Source of the DNA: Candidatus Aminicenantes bacterium
GTDB taxonomy: Bacteria; Acidobacteriota; Aminicenantia; JAMOAD01
Assembly: GCA_027067555.1 (NCBI GenBank)
Contig: JAMOVU010000009.1
Coordinates: 1 to 63,915, forward strand
DNA length: 63,915 nt
Direction: 5' to 3'
Below the pieces are notes generated by a model, which made no database searches, had not been told where the DNA came from, and was given only the letters and a program-made list of their open reading frames with translations. Both the position numbers and the translations under genes were made by a program. Positions 29,192 to 42,807 of this stretch are shown one piece after another. Numbering within the stretch: the first letter of the stretch is position 1; each line of letters begins with the position of its first letter.

Positions 29192-31005
29192 TAATAAAAG
29201 AAGCTGATGTTGTTGTTGTTGGAGCCGGTCATGCAGGTATAGAGGCTGCCTATGCTTCTCAGAAAATAGGTGCACACACTATTTTGGTAACAATGAACCT
29301 AGAAACTATAGGGCAGATGTCCTGTAATCCTGCAATAGGAGGGCAGGCAAAGGGGCAGGTTGTTAAAGAAATTGATGCAATGGGCGGAGTGATGGGTTTT
29401 ATGGCAGACAGAGCGGGGATTCATTTTAAAATTTTAAATAGAAGCAAAGGGGTTGCAGTAAGAGCTCCGAGAGCACAACAGGATAAAGGACTTTACAGAG
29501 AGTTAATGAAAAACTTTCTCGAAAAGCAGAAAAATCTTGAAATTTATCAGGGAATAGTTACAGGAGTGGAGATAAAAGAGGGTAAGGTTTTTGGTGTAAG
29601 ATTGAAAGATGATTCAATTATAAAGGCAAAGGCAGTTGTTTTGACAACAGGGACTTTTTTGAATGGTTTGATACACATTGGTATGAGCTCTTACCCTTCG
29701 GGAAGAGCGAATGAGCCGGCTTCTATTGAGCTTTCCAAAAATTTAAAAGCATTGGGTTTTGAAATGATAAGGCTTAAAACAGGAACTCCAATGAGATTGA
29801 AGAAAGATACTATAGATTGGAGTAAGTTCGAGGAGCAGCCTGGAGATAAAAAACCAAGACCATTTTCATGGAGAACAGAAAAAGTTAAAAATAAGATAAT
29901 TTGTTATATTGGTAGGACAAATAAAAAGGTTCATGAGATAATAGAAAGGAATCTCACACTTGCACCCCTTTATGCGGGAAAAATTGAAGGAATTGGAATA
30001 AGGTATTGTCCTTCTATTGAAGATAAAATAGTGAAGTTTAAAGATAAGGACAGTCATGTGTTTTATCTTGAACCTGAAGGTCTTAATACAGAGGAAATAT
30101 ATGTAAACGGACTTTCCACTTCTTTGCCTGTTGAAGTTCAAAGGCAGATGTTGGATGCAATCCCGGGTCTTGAAAACTCTGAGATAATGAGGCCTGCCTA
30201 TGCCATAGAATACGATGCAATAAGACCCCATCAGATAAAGGAAACACTTGAGACAAGGAAAATAGAGGGGCTTTATACAGCCGGTCAGATAAACGGCACT
30301 TCAGGTTATGAAGAGGCTGCAGGACAGGGTTTGGTTGCAGGTCTAAATGCAGCTTTGAAGATTATGAAAAAAAAGCCTTTTATATTAACAAGAAGAGAAT
30401 CTTTAATTGGGGTTATGATAGATGATTTAATCAAAAGATCCATTGATGAGCCATACAGACTTTTTACATCAAGAGCAGAATACAGGCTTCTTTTAAGAGC
30501 TGATAATGCCAAACAGAGGCTTAGCGAGAAGGCTTTTTCAGTGGGGATGTTAAATGAAGAGGAGATAAAAGAAATAAGAGAGAGAATAAAAAAGGCTGAA
30601 AAGCTTGTCTTTCTGATGAATGAAAAAAAATTTAAATACAAGGGAAGGAGAATAACTTATTCAAAATATGTAAAAATGCCAAAATCTTCTTTTAGTCGGG
30701 TGGTAAAGGATTTTAAAGAATTTTTTAAAATATTAAAGGAAGATGAAAAAGATTATATTGAGGCTGAAACAAAATACGAAGGTTATATAAAAAAGATGTT
30801 AAATGAAATAGAAAGGGTTGAAAGGGAGGAAAAAACAAGAATTCCAAAGAATTTTGATATTAATAGAATTAATGGAATATCAATTGAGATAAGAGAGAAA
30901 TTTACAAAGTACAAGCCTAAAACAATCGGGGATTTGAAAAAGATTCCGGGAATAACCCCGGCAGCAATATCTTTAATTCTTTTGCACATAAAGAGGAAAA
31001 AATGA
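29188..31005 (+). CDS. mnmG: tRNA uridine-5-carboxymethylaminomethyl modification enzyme MnmG (GidA)
   Basis: [60 protein letters not shown]. Start placed at ATG 29188, overlapping the mnmE stop. Confidence 0.98.
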   Translation: MIIKEADVVVVGAGHAGIEAAYASQKIGAHTILVTMNLETIGQMSCNPAIGGQAKGQVVKEIDAMGGVMGFMADRAGIHFKILNRSKGVAVRAPRAQQDKGLYRELMKNFLEKQKNLEIYQGIVTGVEIKEGKVFGVRLKDDSIIKAKAVVLTTGTFLNGLIHIGMSSYPSGRANEPASIELSKNLKALGFEMIRLKTGTPMRLKKDTIDWSKFEEQPGDKKPRPFSWRTEKVKNKIICYIGRTNKKVHEIIERNLTLAPLYAGKIEGIGIRYCPSIEDKIVKFKDKDSHVFYLEPEGLNTEEIYVNGLSTSLPVEVQRQMLDAIPGLENSEIMRPAYAIEYDAIRPHQIKETLETRKIEGLYTAGQINGTSGYEEAAGQGLVAGLNAALKIMKKKPFILTRRESLIGVMIDDLIKRSIDEPYRLFTSRAEYRLLLRADNAKQRLSEKAFSVGMLNEEEIKEIRERIKKAEKLVFLMNEKKFKYKGRRITYSKYVKMPKSSFSRVVKDFKEFFKILKEDEKDYIEAETKYEGYIKKMLNEIERVEREEKTRIPKNFDINRINGISIEIREKFTKYKPKTIGDLKKIPGITPAAISLILLHIKRKK

Positions 31006-31604
31006 AAGAGAGAATTTTTGAAATAGTGGAAGACAGAGAAAAGGGAGAAAAGCTCTTTCTTTATTATAATGAAATAAGGAATTGGTCCGAGAAGATAAAC
31101 CTTATTTCAAGAAAAGATATTGAAGGAAATTTTTTAAATCTTTTAAAAACATCCATTTTTCTTTATAAAAAATTTTCTGAATTTAATTCTTTTGTGGACA
31201 TAGGGGCAGGAGCGGGTTTCCCTTCCGTTCCCGGGAAAATTCTTTATCCTGAAAAAACATTTGTTTTAATAGAGCCTGGGAAAAGATACTCTTTTTTAAA
31301 GCATTTAATAAAAACCCTATCTTTAAAAAATATAGAGGTTGAGAAAAAAAGTTTCATGGAATATTTCTCAAAAAAAAGGCAGAAAAGCTTTGATTTAGGG
31401 GTTTCCTGGGGAGTGAAGGACAAAGTTTCTATGTTGAAGACAGGGAGAAATTTTGTTAAGATAGGATATGTTTTTATTACAGGTCCCAAGGAGATTGAGA
31501 AGATGAAAAAATTAAAAAGGTTATATGATGTTAAAGCTGAAAAGATAGAGGGTAAAAGCAAGCTATTTATTGCTTTTGCAAAAAAAGTTCCACGTGGAAC
31601 ATAA
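31002..31604 (+). CDS. rsmG: 16S rRNA m7G527 methyltransferase RsmG (GidB), divergent
   Basis: [20 protein letters not shown]; lies between mnmG and parA. Confidence 0.85.
   Translation: MKERIFEIVEDREKGEKLFLYYNEIRNWSEKINLISRKDIEGNFLNLLKTSIFLYKKFSEFNSFVDIGAGAGFPSVPGKILYPEKTFVLIEPGKRYSFLKHLIKTLSLKNIEVEKKSFMEYFSKKRQKSFDLGVSWGVKDKVSMLKTGRNFVKIGYVFITGPKEIEKMKKLKRLYDVKAEKIEGKSKLFIAFAKKVPRGT
31586..31601. promoter_or_regulatory. parS centromere-like site
   Basis: AGTTCCACGTGGAACA, with perfect 14-bp palindrome GTTCCACGTGGAAC; one mismatch to TGTTCCACGTGGAACA; ends 4 nt before the parA ATG. Confidence 0.9.
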
Positions 31605-31605
31605 A

Positions 31606-32361
31606 ATGGGAAGAGTAATAGTAGTTGCCAACCAAAAGGGAGGGGTTGGTAAAACAACCACTGTTGTTAATTTAGGAGCTGCTCTTTCACTTGCAGAAAA
31701 AAAAGTTTTAGTAATAGATATGGATCCTCAGAAAAACAGTACATCCGGAATAGGAGCAAAGGTTGATGGTTCTACCTCGGTTTATAATGTTTTAATGGAG
31801 GTTTCCTCTGTAGCTGATAACATAATTGAAACAGAGCTTCCATTTTTAAAGCTCTTGCCATCAACAGATGAGATGCAGGGTTTTGAAGTGGAGGTTCTTG
31901 AAAAAGAAAACAGAGCTTTTCTTTTAAAAAAGGCTGTCGATAAAATAAAAGATGAATATGATTTTATTTTAATCGATACTCCTCCATCTTTAAGTTTTAT
32001 AACAGTTAATTCCCTTGTAGCCGCCGAAGAGGTTTTAATTCCTTTGCAGGCGGAATATTATGCGCTTGAAGGACTTTCCCAGCTTCTTAAAACTATAAAT
32101 GAGGTCCAGCAGGCATATAATCCTGAACTTGAGATTTTGGGGGTTGTTATTACTATGTTTGATGAGAGAACAAACCTTTCAAAGCAGGTGGAGGATGATG
32201 CAAGAGCTTTTTTCGGAGAAAAGGTTTTTCAAACAAGAATTCCAAGAAATGTAAGATTGTCAGAGGCTCCCAGTTTTGGAAAACCAATATTTTTGTATGA
32301 TGTTAAATCAAGGGGAGCTATTTCATATTTAAATTTAGCGAAGGAGATTATAAGTGGTTAA
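31606..32361 (+). CDS. parA: Chromosome partitioning ATPase ParA/Soj
   Basis: NQKGGVGKTT, DMDPQ, DTPPSL, EYYALEG, PRNVRLSEAPSFG. Start placed at ATG 31606; the ORF track begins at TTG 31570. Confidence 0.97.
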   Translation: MGRVIVVANQKGGVGKTTTVVNLGAALSLAEKKVLVIDMDPQKNSTSGIGAKVDGSTSVYNVLMEVSSVADNIIETELPFLKLLPSTDEMQGFEVEVLEKENRAFLLKKAVDKIKDEYDFILIDTPPSLSFITVNSLVAAEEVLIPLQAEYYALEGLSQLLKTINEVQQAYNPELEILGVVITMFDERTNLSKQVEDDARAFFGEKVFQTRIPRNVRLSEAPSFGKPIFLYDVKSRGAISYLNLAKEIISG

Positions 32362-33190
32362 AAAGAAAGCATTGGGCAAGGGTTTAAAAGCATTGATTGA
32401 TGATGATTTTTTGATGAAAAAGGAGAGGTATGCACTTATTGATATAGATAGAATTAAGGAAAATCCTCTTCAGCCGAGAAAAAAGTTTGATGAAGAAAAA
32501 ATAAAGGAGTTGGCTTCTTCAATAAAGGAAAGAGGTGTTTTGCAGCCTATAGTTGTTGTTAAAAGTAATGATGATTTTCTTCTTGTTGTTGGCGAAAGAA
32601 GATTAAGGGCCTCTAAACTTGCGGGCTTAAAAAAGATCCCGGCAATTATAAGGGAATTTGAGGAAAAAGATCTTTTAATAAATGCTGTGCTTGAAAACCT
32701 TCAGAGGGAAAATTTGAATCCGGTGGAGATTTCCGATGCTCTCTTTGAAATGAATAAAAAAATGAATATGACGCAGGAAGAAATAGGTAAACTTCTCGGA
32801 ATAGACAGGGCAACGGTTTCAAATTTTATTAGACTCCAGAACCTTGCCAAAGAAGCGAAAGAGGCTTTAATTGCTGGAAAGATTACATTAGGACATGCAA
32901 AAGTTTTGCTTCAACTTGAAAATAAAGATAAAGAACCCTCTATCGTTAAAGAGATAATAAGCAGGAAATTAAGTGTTCGAGAGCTTGAAAAATTGATAAA
33001 GGGTGAAAAGAAGCGAAAGAAGGGTGAAAAAGAAGAGGATCTCTATTTTAAAGCTCTTGAAGATGAATTAAAAACCTATGTTGGAACAGGGGTAAAAATT
33101 AAAAAGAAGAGAAAAGGTGGGGAAATTGTTTTTATTTTTAAAAATGATGATGATTTAATTTCTTTTATAAATAAACTTAAGGAGAAGTGA
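32354..33190 (+). CDS. parB: Chromosome partitioning protein ParB/Spo0J
   Basis: ALGKGLKAL, NPLQPRK, VGERRLRA, ENLQRENL, HTH TQEEIG...RATVSN. Confidence 0.97.
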   Translation: MVKKKALGKGLKALIDDDFLMKKERYALIDIDRIKENPLQPRKKFDEEKIKELASSIKERGVLQPIVVVKSNDDFLLVVGERRLRASKLAGLKKIPAIIREFEEKDLLINAVLENLQRENLNPVEISDALFEMNKKMNMTQEEIGKLLGIDRATVSNFIRLQNLAKEAKEALIAGKITLGHAKVLLQLENKDKEPSIVKEIISRKLSVRELEKLIKGEKKRKKGEKEEDLYFKALEDELKTYVGTGVKIKKKRKGGEIVFIFKNDDDLISFINKLKEK

Positions 33191-33191
33191 A

Positions 33192-33601
33192 ATGCCAAAA
33201 AACATTGGGAGTGAAAGATTATCAGGATTTCTTGACAAGGATACCTCTTTTGTAGGGGAAATCAAGTTTAACAATACCTTAAGAATTGATGGGAATTTTG
33301 AAGGCAAAATAATGTCCTCTTCAACTCTTCTTATCGGAGAAACGGGGAGGGTGAAAGCAGATATTGAAGTTGGTGTGATTTCCATTAATGGTTATGTTGA
33401 AGGAAAGATAAAAGCTAAAACAAAAGTTGAAATTTTTAGCAAAGGTAAAGTTTCAGGAACAATTATAACTCCCAAATTGATGATAGAAGAAGGTGCATAT
33501 TTTCAGGGTGAGTGTAAAATGGAAGAAGGAAAAAAACCAGAGCTCAAACCCTCTGTTCCTCCTTTGGAGAGTAAAGGGGAAGAGGAGAATAAAAAGAATA
33601 A

Positions 33602-33605
<4 letters not shown>
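33192..33605 (+). CDS. Bactofilin (polymer-forming cytoskeletal protein)
   Basis: Beta-helix repeats LRIDGNFEGKI, IGETGRVKADI, INGYVEGKI, LMIEEGAYFQGECKM. Confidence 0.92.
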
Positions 33606-36732
<3,127 letters not shown>

Positions 36733-36736
<4 letters not shown>

Positions 36737-37686
36737 GGGAAATAGGTAAAAAAGTCCTTGAGATAGAAGGAAAAGCTCTTTTAAAACTTTCGGAGATTTT
36801 GGATGATTCTTTTGACAAAGCTGTCGAAATAATTTATAAAGCAAAAGGAAGGATAATTCTTACCGGTATAGGAAAAAGCGGGCTTATTGCCCAGAAAATA
36901 GCGGCAACTCTTACCTCAACCGGAACCCCCGCAATTTTTCTTCACGCGGCAGAGGCTGTTCACGGGGAATTGGGTTCGATCTTGCCTGATGATATTGTTA
37001 TAGCCTTATCATATTCAGGGGAAACAGCTGAAATCAAAAACCTTTTGGAATTTATTAAGAGGAATGGGAATGTTTTAATTTCCTTAACAGGAAGCAAAGA
37101 CTCAACACTTGCAAGGTATTCTGATATTGTTATTCCAATTACAATTGAAAAGGAAGCTTGCCCCATAGGTCTTGTTCCGACAACCTCGACTACAGCCACT
37201 CTTGCCATGGGAGATGCCATTGCGGTGGCTTTAATGGAAAAAAGAGGTTTTACGAGGGATGATTTTGCTTATTTTCATCCTGGTGGAAAAATAGGAAAAA
37301 AAATTGTAAAGGTAAAACATCTGATGCACAGAGGAGAGGATTTACCTCTTGTTGAAGAGAAAATGAAAATGCTTGATGTTGTAAAAATTGTAAGTGAAAA
37401 AAGACTCGGTGTTGCAATTGTAGTAAAAGAGAATAATGTTTTATCAGGGATAATCACGGATGGTGATATAAGGAGAGCTCTTGTAAAGTACGGAAGCATT
37501 GAGGACAAGAAAGCTGCTGACTGTATGCATCCTGATCCTCTCACAATTTCGCCTGAAGAGATAAGTGTTAAAGCTTTAAATATTATGGAGAAAAAGAAGA
37601 TAACATCATTGATTGTTGTAGATAAAGATAAAAAAGTCATGGGTCTTATTCACCTTCACGACCTCTGGCGGACGCAGATGTTTTAG
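36733..37686 (+). CDS. kdsD: Arabinose-5-phosphate isomerase (KpsF/GutQ; SIS plus CBS domains)
   Basis: GIGKSG, STGTP, EAVHG, SYSGET, PTTST, HPGG, TDGDIRR, HLHD. Confidence 0.95.
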
Positions 37687-37687
37687 G

Positions 37688-38653
37688 ATGAAGAAGGAAC
37701 TTATTGATAAATTTGGAAGAAGGGTTACCTATTTAAGACTTTCGATTACTGATAGATGTAATTTCAGATGCTTTTATTGTAAACCTATCAAGGATTTTAA
37801 GTATATTCCCCACGAGCAGATATTAAGATATGAAGATTTACTCTTTATGGCAAGAGTTTTAAGAGAATATGGAATTGAGAAAATAAGACTTACCGGCGGA
37901 GAGCCTTTTATTAGAAAAGGCTTTCTTTCTTTTTTGGAAAAATTAAGAGAAATTTTTGAAAATATTTACATAACAACAAATGGTTATTTTTTAAAAGAAA
38001 GTGCAAAGGAGCTTAAAAGAATAGGAGTGAAAGGGCTTAACATTAGCCTTGATACGCTTGATAGAAATCTCTTTGAAAGAATTACAAAAGTTGATGCTCT
38101 TGATAAAGTTTTGGAGGGGATAGAAGAATCCGTAAATGCAGGCCTGAATGTTAAACTTAACTCTGTTTTAATGAAGTCAAATATTGAGGGTATAATTCCT
38201 TTGATTGAGTATGGAGCTAAAAAGAATATTCCTGTGAGATTTATTGAGCTTATGCCGATAAGTTCTGAAGTCAGAAAGGAGTTTTTATCTGAGGACAGTG
38301 CTAAGGCTCACATAAGAAAAAGATATGGATTTATTCCTGTAAAGGAAAAATTCGGAGTTGGCCCTTCAAAATATTATAAAATAGAGGAGATTAATGCTAT
38401 TGTTGGCTTTATATCTGCCCTTACCCATAATTTTTGTGAAACCTGCGATAAGATAAGAATAACATCGGACGGAAAACTTAGAGTTTGCCTTGCACTTGAT
38501 GATGAAGTTTCCGTAAAAGAGGCTATTTTGAAAAGAGATGAAAATGCTCTTATTTTTGTTGTAAAAAAAGCCCTTGAGAAAAAGCCTCTCTCACACAATA
38601 TGTCTCTTGAAAGCATAATTTCAGGTAAAAATATGTATCAGATAGGAGGATAA
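37688..38653 (+). CDS. moaA: GTP 3',8-cyclase (radical SAM)
   Basis: YLRLSITDRCNFRCFYC, TGGEP, FCETCDKIRITSDG...CL, terminal IGG. Confidence 0.96.
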   Translation: MKKELIDKFGRRVTYLRLSITDRCNFRCFYCKPIKDFKYIPHEQILRYEDLLFMARVLREYGIEKIRLTGGEPFIRKGFLSFLEKLREIFENIYITTNGYFLKESAKELKRIGVKGLNISLDTLDRNLFERITKVDALDKVLEGIEESVNAGLNVKLNSVLMKSNIEGIIPLIEYGAKKNIPVRFIELMPISSEVRKEFLSEDSAKAHIRKRYGFIPVKEKFGVGPSKYYKIEEINAIVGFISALTHNFCETCDKIRITSDGKLRVCLALDDEVSVKEAILKRDENALIFVVKKALEKKPLSHNMSLESIISGKNMYQIGG

Positions 38654-39196
38654 ATGTCTTTAACTCATATTGATAAAAAGGGAAATGTGAATATGGTTGA
38701 TGTGGGAGATAAGGAAATTAGCGAGAGGGTAGCAATAGCCTATGGTAGGATAAAGCTTTCAGAGAAAGTTATTTCTCTGATAAAAGAAGATGGGTTAAAA
38801 AAGGGAAATGTTCTTGAGATTGCAAAGGTTGGAGGAATTTTCGGGGCAAAAAACACTTCCAATATAATCCCTTTGACACATCCTATTCCGATAGAAAAAA
38901 TAGCAATAGAATTTTTTGTAGAAGAAAATTTGATTCATTGTTTTTCTTTTGCAAAAACACATTATAAAACCGGGATTGAGATGGAAGCCATTTTTTCTGT
39001 TTTATCTGCTCTTTCAACTGTTTATGATATGGTGAAAGCTGAGGAAAGAGGTGCTATTATTGAAAGCGTAACTCTTCTTTATAAAAGCGGAGGAAAGAGT
39101 GGAACTTTTCTCAACAATTCCAATCTTGATTTTGAGATAAAAAAGGGAGAAAATAATAGCTTTATTTTTAAAGGAAAAACAATTTTTATTTTTTAA
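38654..39196 (+). CDS. moaC: Cyclic pyranopterin monophosphate synthase
   Basis: LTHID..G..NMVDV, KKGNVL, IPLTHP, TGIEMEA, YDMVKA, KSGGKSG. Confidence 0.95.
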   Translation: MSLTHIDKKGNVNMVDVGDKEISERVAIAYGRIKLSEKVISLIKEDGLKKGNVLEIAKVGGIFGAKNTSNIIPLTHPIPIEKIAIEFFVEENLIHCFSFAKTHYKTGIEMEAIFSVLSALSTVYDMVKAEERGAIIESVTLLYKSGGKSGTFLNNSNLDFEIKKGENNSFIFKGKTIFIF

Positions 39197-39205
39197 GGAG
39201 AAAAG

Positions 39206-40624
39206 ATGACACATGTTAGATTATACTCTTACGGAGCTGTTCAGGAAGTAACAGGTTCAAAACACATACTTGAAGTGGATGGGAAAAAGATTCTTGTTGA
39301 TTGTGGTATGTTTCAGGGAAGAAGAGAGGAAACTTACAATAAAAACAAAAATCTGCCGTTTGACCCCAAAGAAATAGAGGTTGCTTTTTTAACCCACGGT
39401 CACTTTGATCATACCGGAAATTTTCCATCTCTTATAAAGGGTGGCTATGAAGGTGTTATTTACTCAACTCCTGCTACCTATGATCTTGCATCCTTGGTGC
39501 TTTATGATAGTGCTCATATACAGAAAAGAGATGCAGAGTTTATTAAAAAATTAATTAGAAAAGGAAGAAAAGATTTAAAAGTATATGGTCCTATTTATGA
39601 TGAGGAAGATGTTACAGAAACTCTCTCTCATTTTGTAACATATCCTTATAACAGGAGATTTAAGGTTTTTGATAAGGTGGAAGCAGAATTTTATGATGCG
39701 GGACATATTCTTGGCTCATCAATGATTCTCTTTAATATAGAGCTCGATCATTACAAAACCTTAAAAGTTGGTTTTTCAGGTGATCTCGGAAGAAAGGGGC
39801 TCCCCTTTTTAAGGAATCCTCAAAAACTCCCTGATCTTGATTATTTTGTACTTGAAAGCACTTATGGAAACAGACTCCACGATGATCTTTCAACAGTAAA
39901 GGAAGAGTTATCTGAAGTTATAAATTCAACATACAAAAAGGGAGGAAAAATTATAATACCTGCCTTTGCGATAGAAAGAACCCAGGAGATTATCTATCAT
40001 ATTCATGAGCTTTTACTTGAGAACAAAATACCCAAACTACCGGTTTACATTGACAGCCCCATGGCTGTTCATGCCACTTCTATTTTTAAAAGTCATCCCG
40101 AGTGTTTTGATAGAGAGACATTTAAGACCTTTTATGATAAAAAGGAAAGCCCCTTTGATTTTGATGGGGTTAATTATATTGTTAATGTTGAAGATAGTAA
40201 AAAGCTTAATTACTTAAAACACCCTGCCATTATTATTTCCGCAAGCGGGATGTGCGAACACGGAAGAATAGTTCATCATTTGAGGAATAATATTGAAAAT
40301 CCTGCTAATACAATTTTAATAGTTGGCTTTATGGCACAGCATACTTTGGGAAGAAGATTGGCAGACAGAGAGCCTGAGGTTAAAATTTTCGGTGAAAAGC
40401 TAAAAGTTAATGCAAGGATAAAAATTATTAATGCTTTCAGTGCTCATGCAGATTACAATGAAATGAAAGAGTATGTTTCCCAATTTGATCTTAGTAAATT
40501 AAAGAGAATTTTCCTTGTTCATGGTGAGCCAGATGCTCAGGAGCATCTTGAAAAAGTTCTTGAAGGTGTAGGTGTAAAGGATGTTAAGAGGGTTTTTTAT
40601 AATGAAAAATATAAATTGGCTTAA
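39206..40624 (+). CDS. MBL-fold beta-CASP ribonuclease
   Basis: GAVQEVTGS, DCGMFQG, THGHFDH, AGHILGS, SGDLG, ESTYG, SGMCEHGR, FSAHAD, LVHGE. Confidence 0.93.
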   Translation: MTHVRLYSYGAVQEVTGSKHILEVDGKKILVDCGMFQGRREETYNKNKNLPFDPKEIEVAFLTHGHFDHTGNFPSLIKGGYEGVIYSTPATYDLASLVLYDSAHIQKRDAEFIKKLIRKGRKDLKVYGPIYDEEDVTETLSHFVTYPYNRRFKVFDKVEAEFYDAGHILGSSMILFNIELDHYKTLKVGFSGDLGRKGLPFLRNPQKLPDLDYFVLESTYGNRLHDDLSTVKEELSEVINSTYKKGGKIIIPAFAIERTQEIIYHIHELLLENKIPKLPVYIDSPMAVHATSIFKSHPECFDRETFKTFYDKKESPFDFDGVNYIVNVEDSKKLNYLKHPAIIISASGMCEHGRIVHHLRNNIENPANTILIVGFMAQHTLGRRLADREPEVKIFGEKLKVNARIKIINAFSAHADYNEMKEYVSQFDLSKLKRIFLVHGEPDAQEHLEKVLEGVGVKDVKRVFYNEKYKLA

Positions 40625-40635
40625 AGGAGAAAAAA

Positions 40636-41652
40636 ATGGCAATTTCATATAGGGATTCCGGTGTAAATATTGATGAAGGAAACAGAACAGTTGCTCTTAT
40701 AAAAAAAGTTCTTTCAAAATACAAGGGGAAGGAACAGATAGGAAGATTCGGTGGAATGTACAAAATCCCCGAAAACTTTAGCTCACCCTATCTTATTTCA
40801 AGTGCTGACGGTGTTGGAACAAAGATTAAGGTTGCAATAATGGCCGGGATTTATGATACTGTGGGGCAGGATTTAGTAAATCATTGTGTTGATGATATTC
40901 TTGTTATGGGAGCAAAGCCGCTTTATTTTCTTGACTATTTTGCAACAGGGAAGCTCAAAGCGGAGATAGCAGCCTCCGTGGTCGAAGGTCTTGCCAAAGC
41001 CTGTAGTGAAAACAATTGTCTTCTTTTGGGAGGGGAGACCGCTGAAATGCCCGGTTTTTATGCTGAAGGGGATTTTGATCTTGCGGGATTTATAACAGGT
41101 ATTGTTGAGGAAAATGGAGTGATTGACGGGAGTAAAATAGAAAAGGGAGATATTCTTATAGGTTTTCCCTCTACCGGACTTCACACAAATGGCTACTCTC
41201 TTGCGAGAAAGATTTTTTTTGATAAACTAAAGATGGATATTAACGATATATTTACACCCACCGGAAGAACAGTCGGAGAGGAACTTCTATCAATTCACAA
41301 GAGCTATCTTAATGAACTTTTCCCCCTTGTAGAGCAAGGATTTATAAAAGGTCTTGCTCATGTAACCGGGGGAGGCTTTTATGAGAATATTCCGAGAATT
41401 CTTCCTAAAAACAGAGGAGTTAAAATAAAAATTATATGGGATATCCCCCCTCTTTTTGATTTTCTCGTAAAGGAGAGTGGAATTTCAATGAGAGAAGCAT
41501 TCAGAACTTTTAATATGGGAATAGGAATGATTGCCATTGTTTCAAAGGGAAAGGAAGAGCTTTTCAGCTCTCAATTAAAAGAAAAAAAAGCTTTTTTAAT
41601 CGGGGAGATTACAGAGGGAGATGGAAAAGTTTTAATAGATGGGATAGATTAG
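40636..41652 (+). CDS. purM: Phosphoribosylformylglycinamidine cyclo-ligase (AIR synthetase)
   Basis: SYRDSGVNI, DGVGTK, GGETAEMPG, GLHTNGYSLAR, AHVTGGG, TFNMGIG. Confidence 0.98.
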   Translation: MAISYRDSGVNIDEGNRTVALIKKVLSKYKGKEQIGRFGGMYKIPENFSSPYLISSADGVGTKIKVAIMAGIYDTVGQDLVNHCVDDILVMGAKPLYFLDYFATGKLKAEIAASVVEGLAKACSENNCLLLGGETAEMPGFYAEGDFDLAGFITGIVEENGVIDGSKIEKGDILIGFPSTGLHTNGYSLARKIFFDKLKMDINDIFTPTGRTVGEELLSIHKSYLNELFPLVEQGFIKGLAHVTGGGFYENIPRILPKNRGVKIKIIWDIPPLFDFLVKESGISMREAFRTFNMGIGMIAIVSKGKEELFSSQLKEKKAFLIGEITEGDGKVLIDGID

Positions 41653-41655
41653 TAA

Positions 41656-42807
41656 ATGCTTTTTTCCGAATTTAAAGAGAGAACAGATTTTTTTGAGATA
41701 AAAATTGCCAAAGGGCTCAGAAACTATATTAACAGAAGAACTGAAGGAAAATCCCAAACCCATTATTCTAAAAATGGAGACAAAAAGCTTGAGGTACTTG
41801 AAGAAAAAGATCTCAGAGGACCATTCAGTTTTCTTTTTCCGGAGAGGGATAAAATAGAAGCTTTTTTAAAAAGATGGCCTGACTCAACAGCAGTGTTCAG
41901 AATAATTTCAAGTGAAAAGGAGATTCTTTCCCCTTCCGGAGAGAGAGTGGAAAAAAGCGAGTATTTGGAAACTTTTAAAGTTTCTGTTAAAAAAGGTAAT
42001 AATATTTTTGAAGATAGTGATTTTAGCTTTGAAAAAGGGGGGATTGATTTTAGCAAAGTTGAAAAAACCTTTTCCCTTTATCTTGAAAAATCAAAAAATT
42101 GTTTAAAAGTTAAAAATGGGAAATACCCTGTTTTATTCAGAGGACAGGCGGCAGGCCTGATTATTCATGAGTTTTTCGGCCATCTACTTGAGGCTGATCT
42201 TGCTGAAAAATCAAAATCTCCATTTAAAAAGGAAAACTTTGGAAAGCTCATAGTAAATAAGAATATTTCCATTGAAGATTACTCCTCTTTACCCGATGAT
42301 GAAGGCTTTTTTGAGGAAAAGATGGTGTTAATAGAAGAGGGTGTATTAAAAGGTTTTCTCTCTGATTTTTCCTTTTCATTAAAGGATTTTGGAAAAGCAG
42401 GGAGAGGAAGAAGGGAGAGTTTTAGGACAGTGCCTCTTCCAAGACAAAATCTTCTTATTTTGAAAGCTTTGAAGACAAAAGAGGAAAAAACTCTTTTGAA
42501 TGAAATAAAAGAGGGTTTTTTTGTTGAAAGAATTAAATCCGGTGCTTTGAATTTTGAAACATTGGATTATGAATTTTTAGTCACAGCAGCCTATTATATT
42601 AGGGATGGAGAAATAGCAGGTTTTACGGATAATTTTTTAATAAAGGGTAACTTTCTTTCTGATTTTCTTAAAATTTCGGAGTTTTCCTCTTCTGTTTATT
42701 GCAATGGTTATGAAGGTGTTTGTACCAAGAATGGACAGACTGTAAGGGTTGGATATAAAACTCCCTCTTTTATTGCTGAAAATATTTTAATTAAATCAAT
42801 CGTTTGA
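41656..42807 (+). CDS. TldD/PmbA family metalloprotease, N-terminally shortened
   Basis: IHEFFGHLLEAD, DDEG, LIEEGVLKG, GRGRRESF...PRQN, C-terminal CTKNGQTVRVG..TP. Confidence 0.85.
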   Translation: MLFSEFKERTDFFEIKIAKGLRNYINRRTEGKSQTHYSKNGDKKLEVLEEKDLRGPFSFLFPERDKIEAFLKRWPDSTAVFRIISSEKEILSPSGERVEKSEYLETFKVSVKKGNNIFEDSDFSFEKGGIDFSKVEKTFSLYLEKSKNCLKVKNGKYPVLFRGQAAGLIIHEFFGHLLEADLAEKSKSPFKKENFGKLIVNKNISIEDYSSLPDDEGFFEEKMVLIEEGVLKGFLSDFSFSLKDFGKAGRGRRESFRTVPLPRQNLLILKALKTKEEKTLLNEIKEGFFVERIKSGALNFETLDYEFLVTAAYYIRDGEIAGFTDNFLIKGNFLSDFLKISEFSSSVYCNGYEGVCTKNGQTVRVGYKTPSFIAENILIKSIV

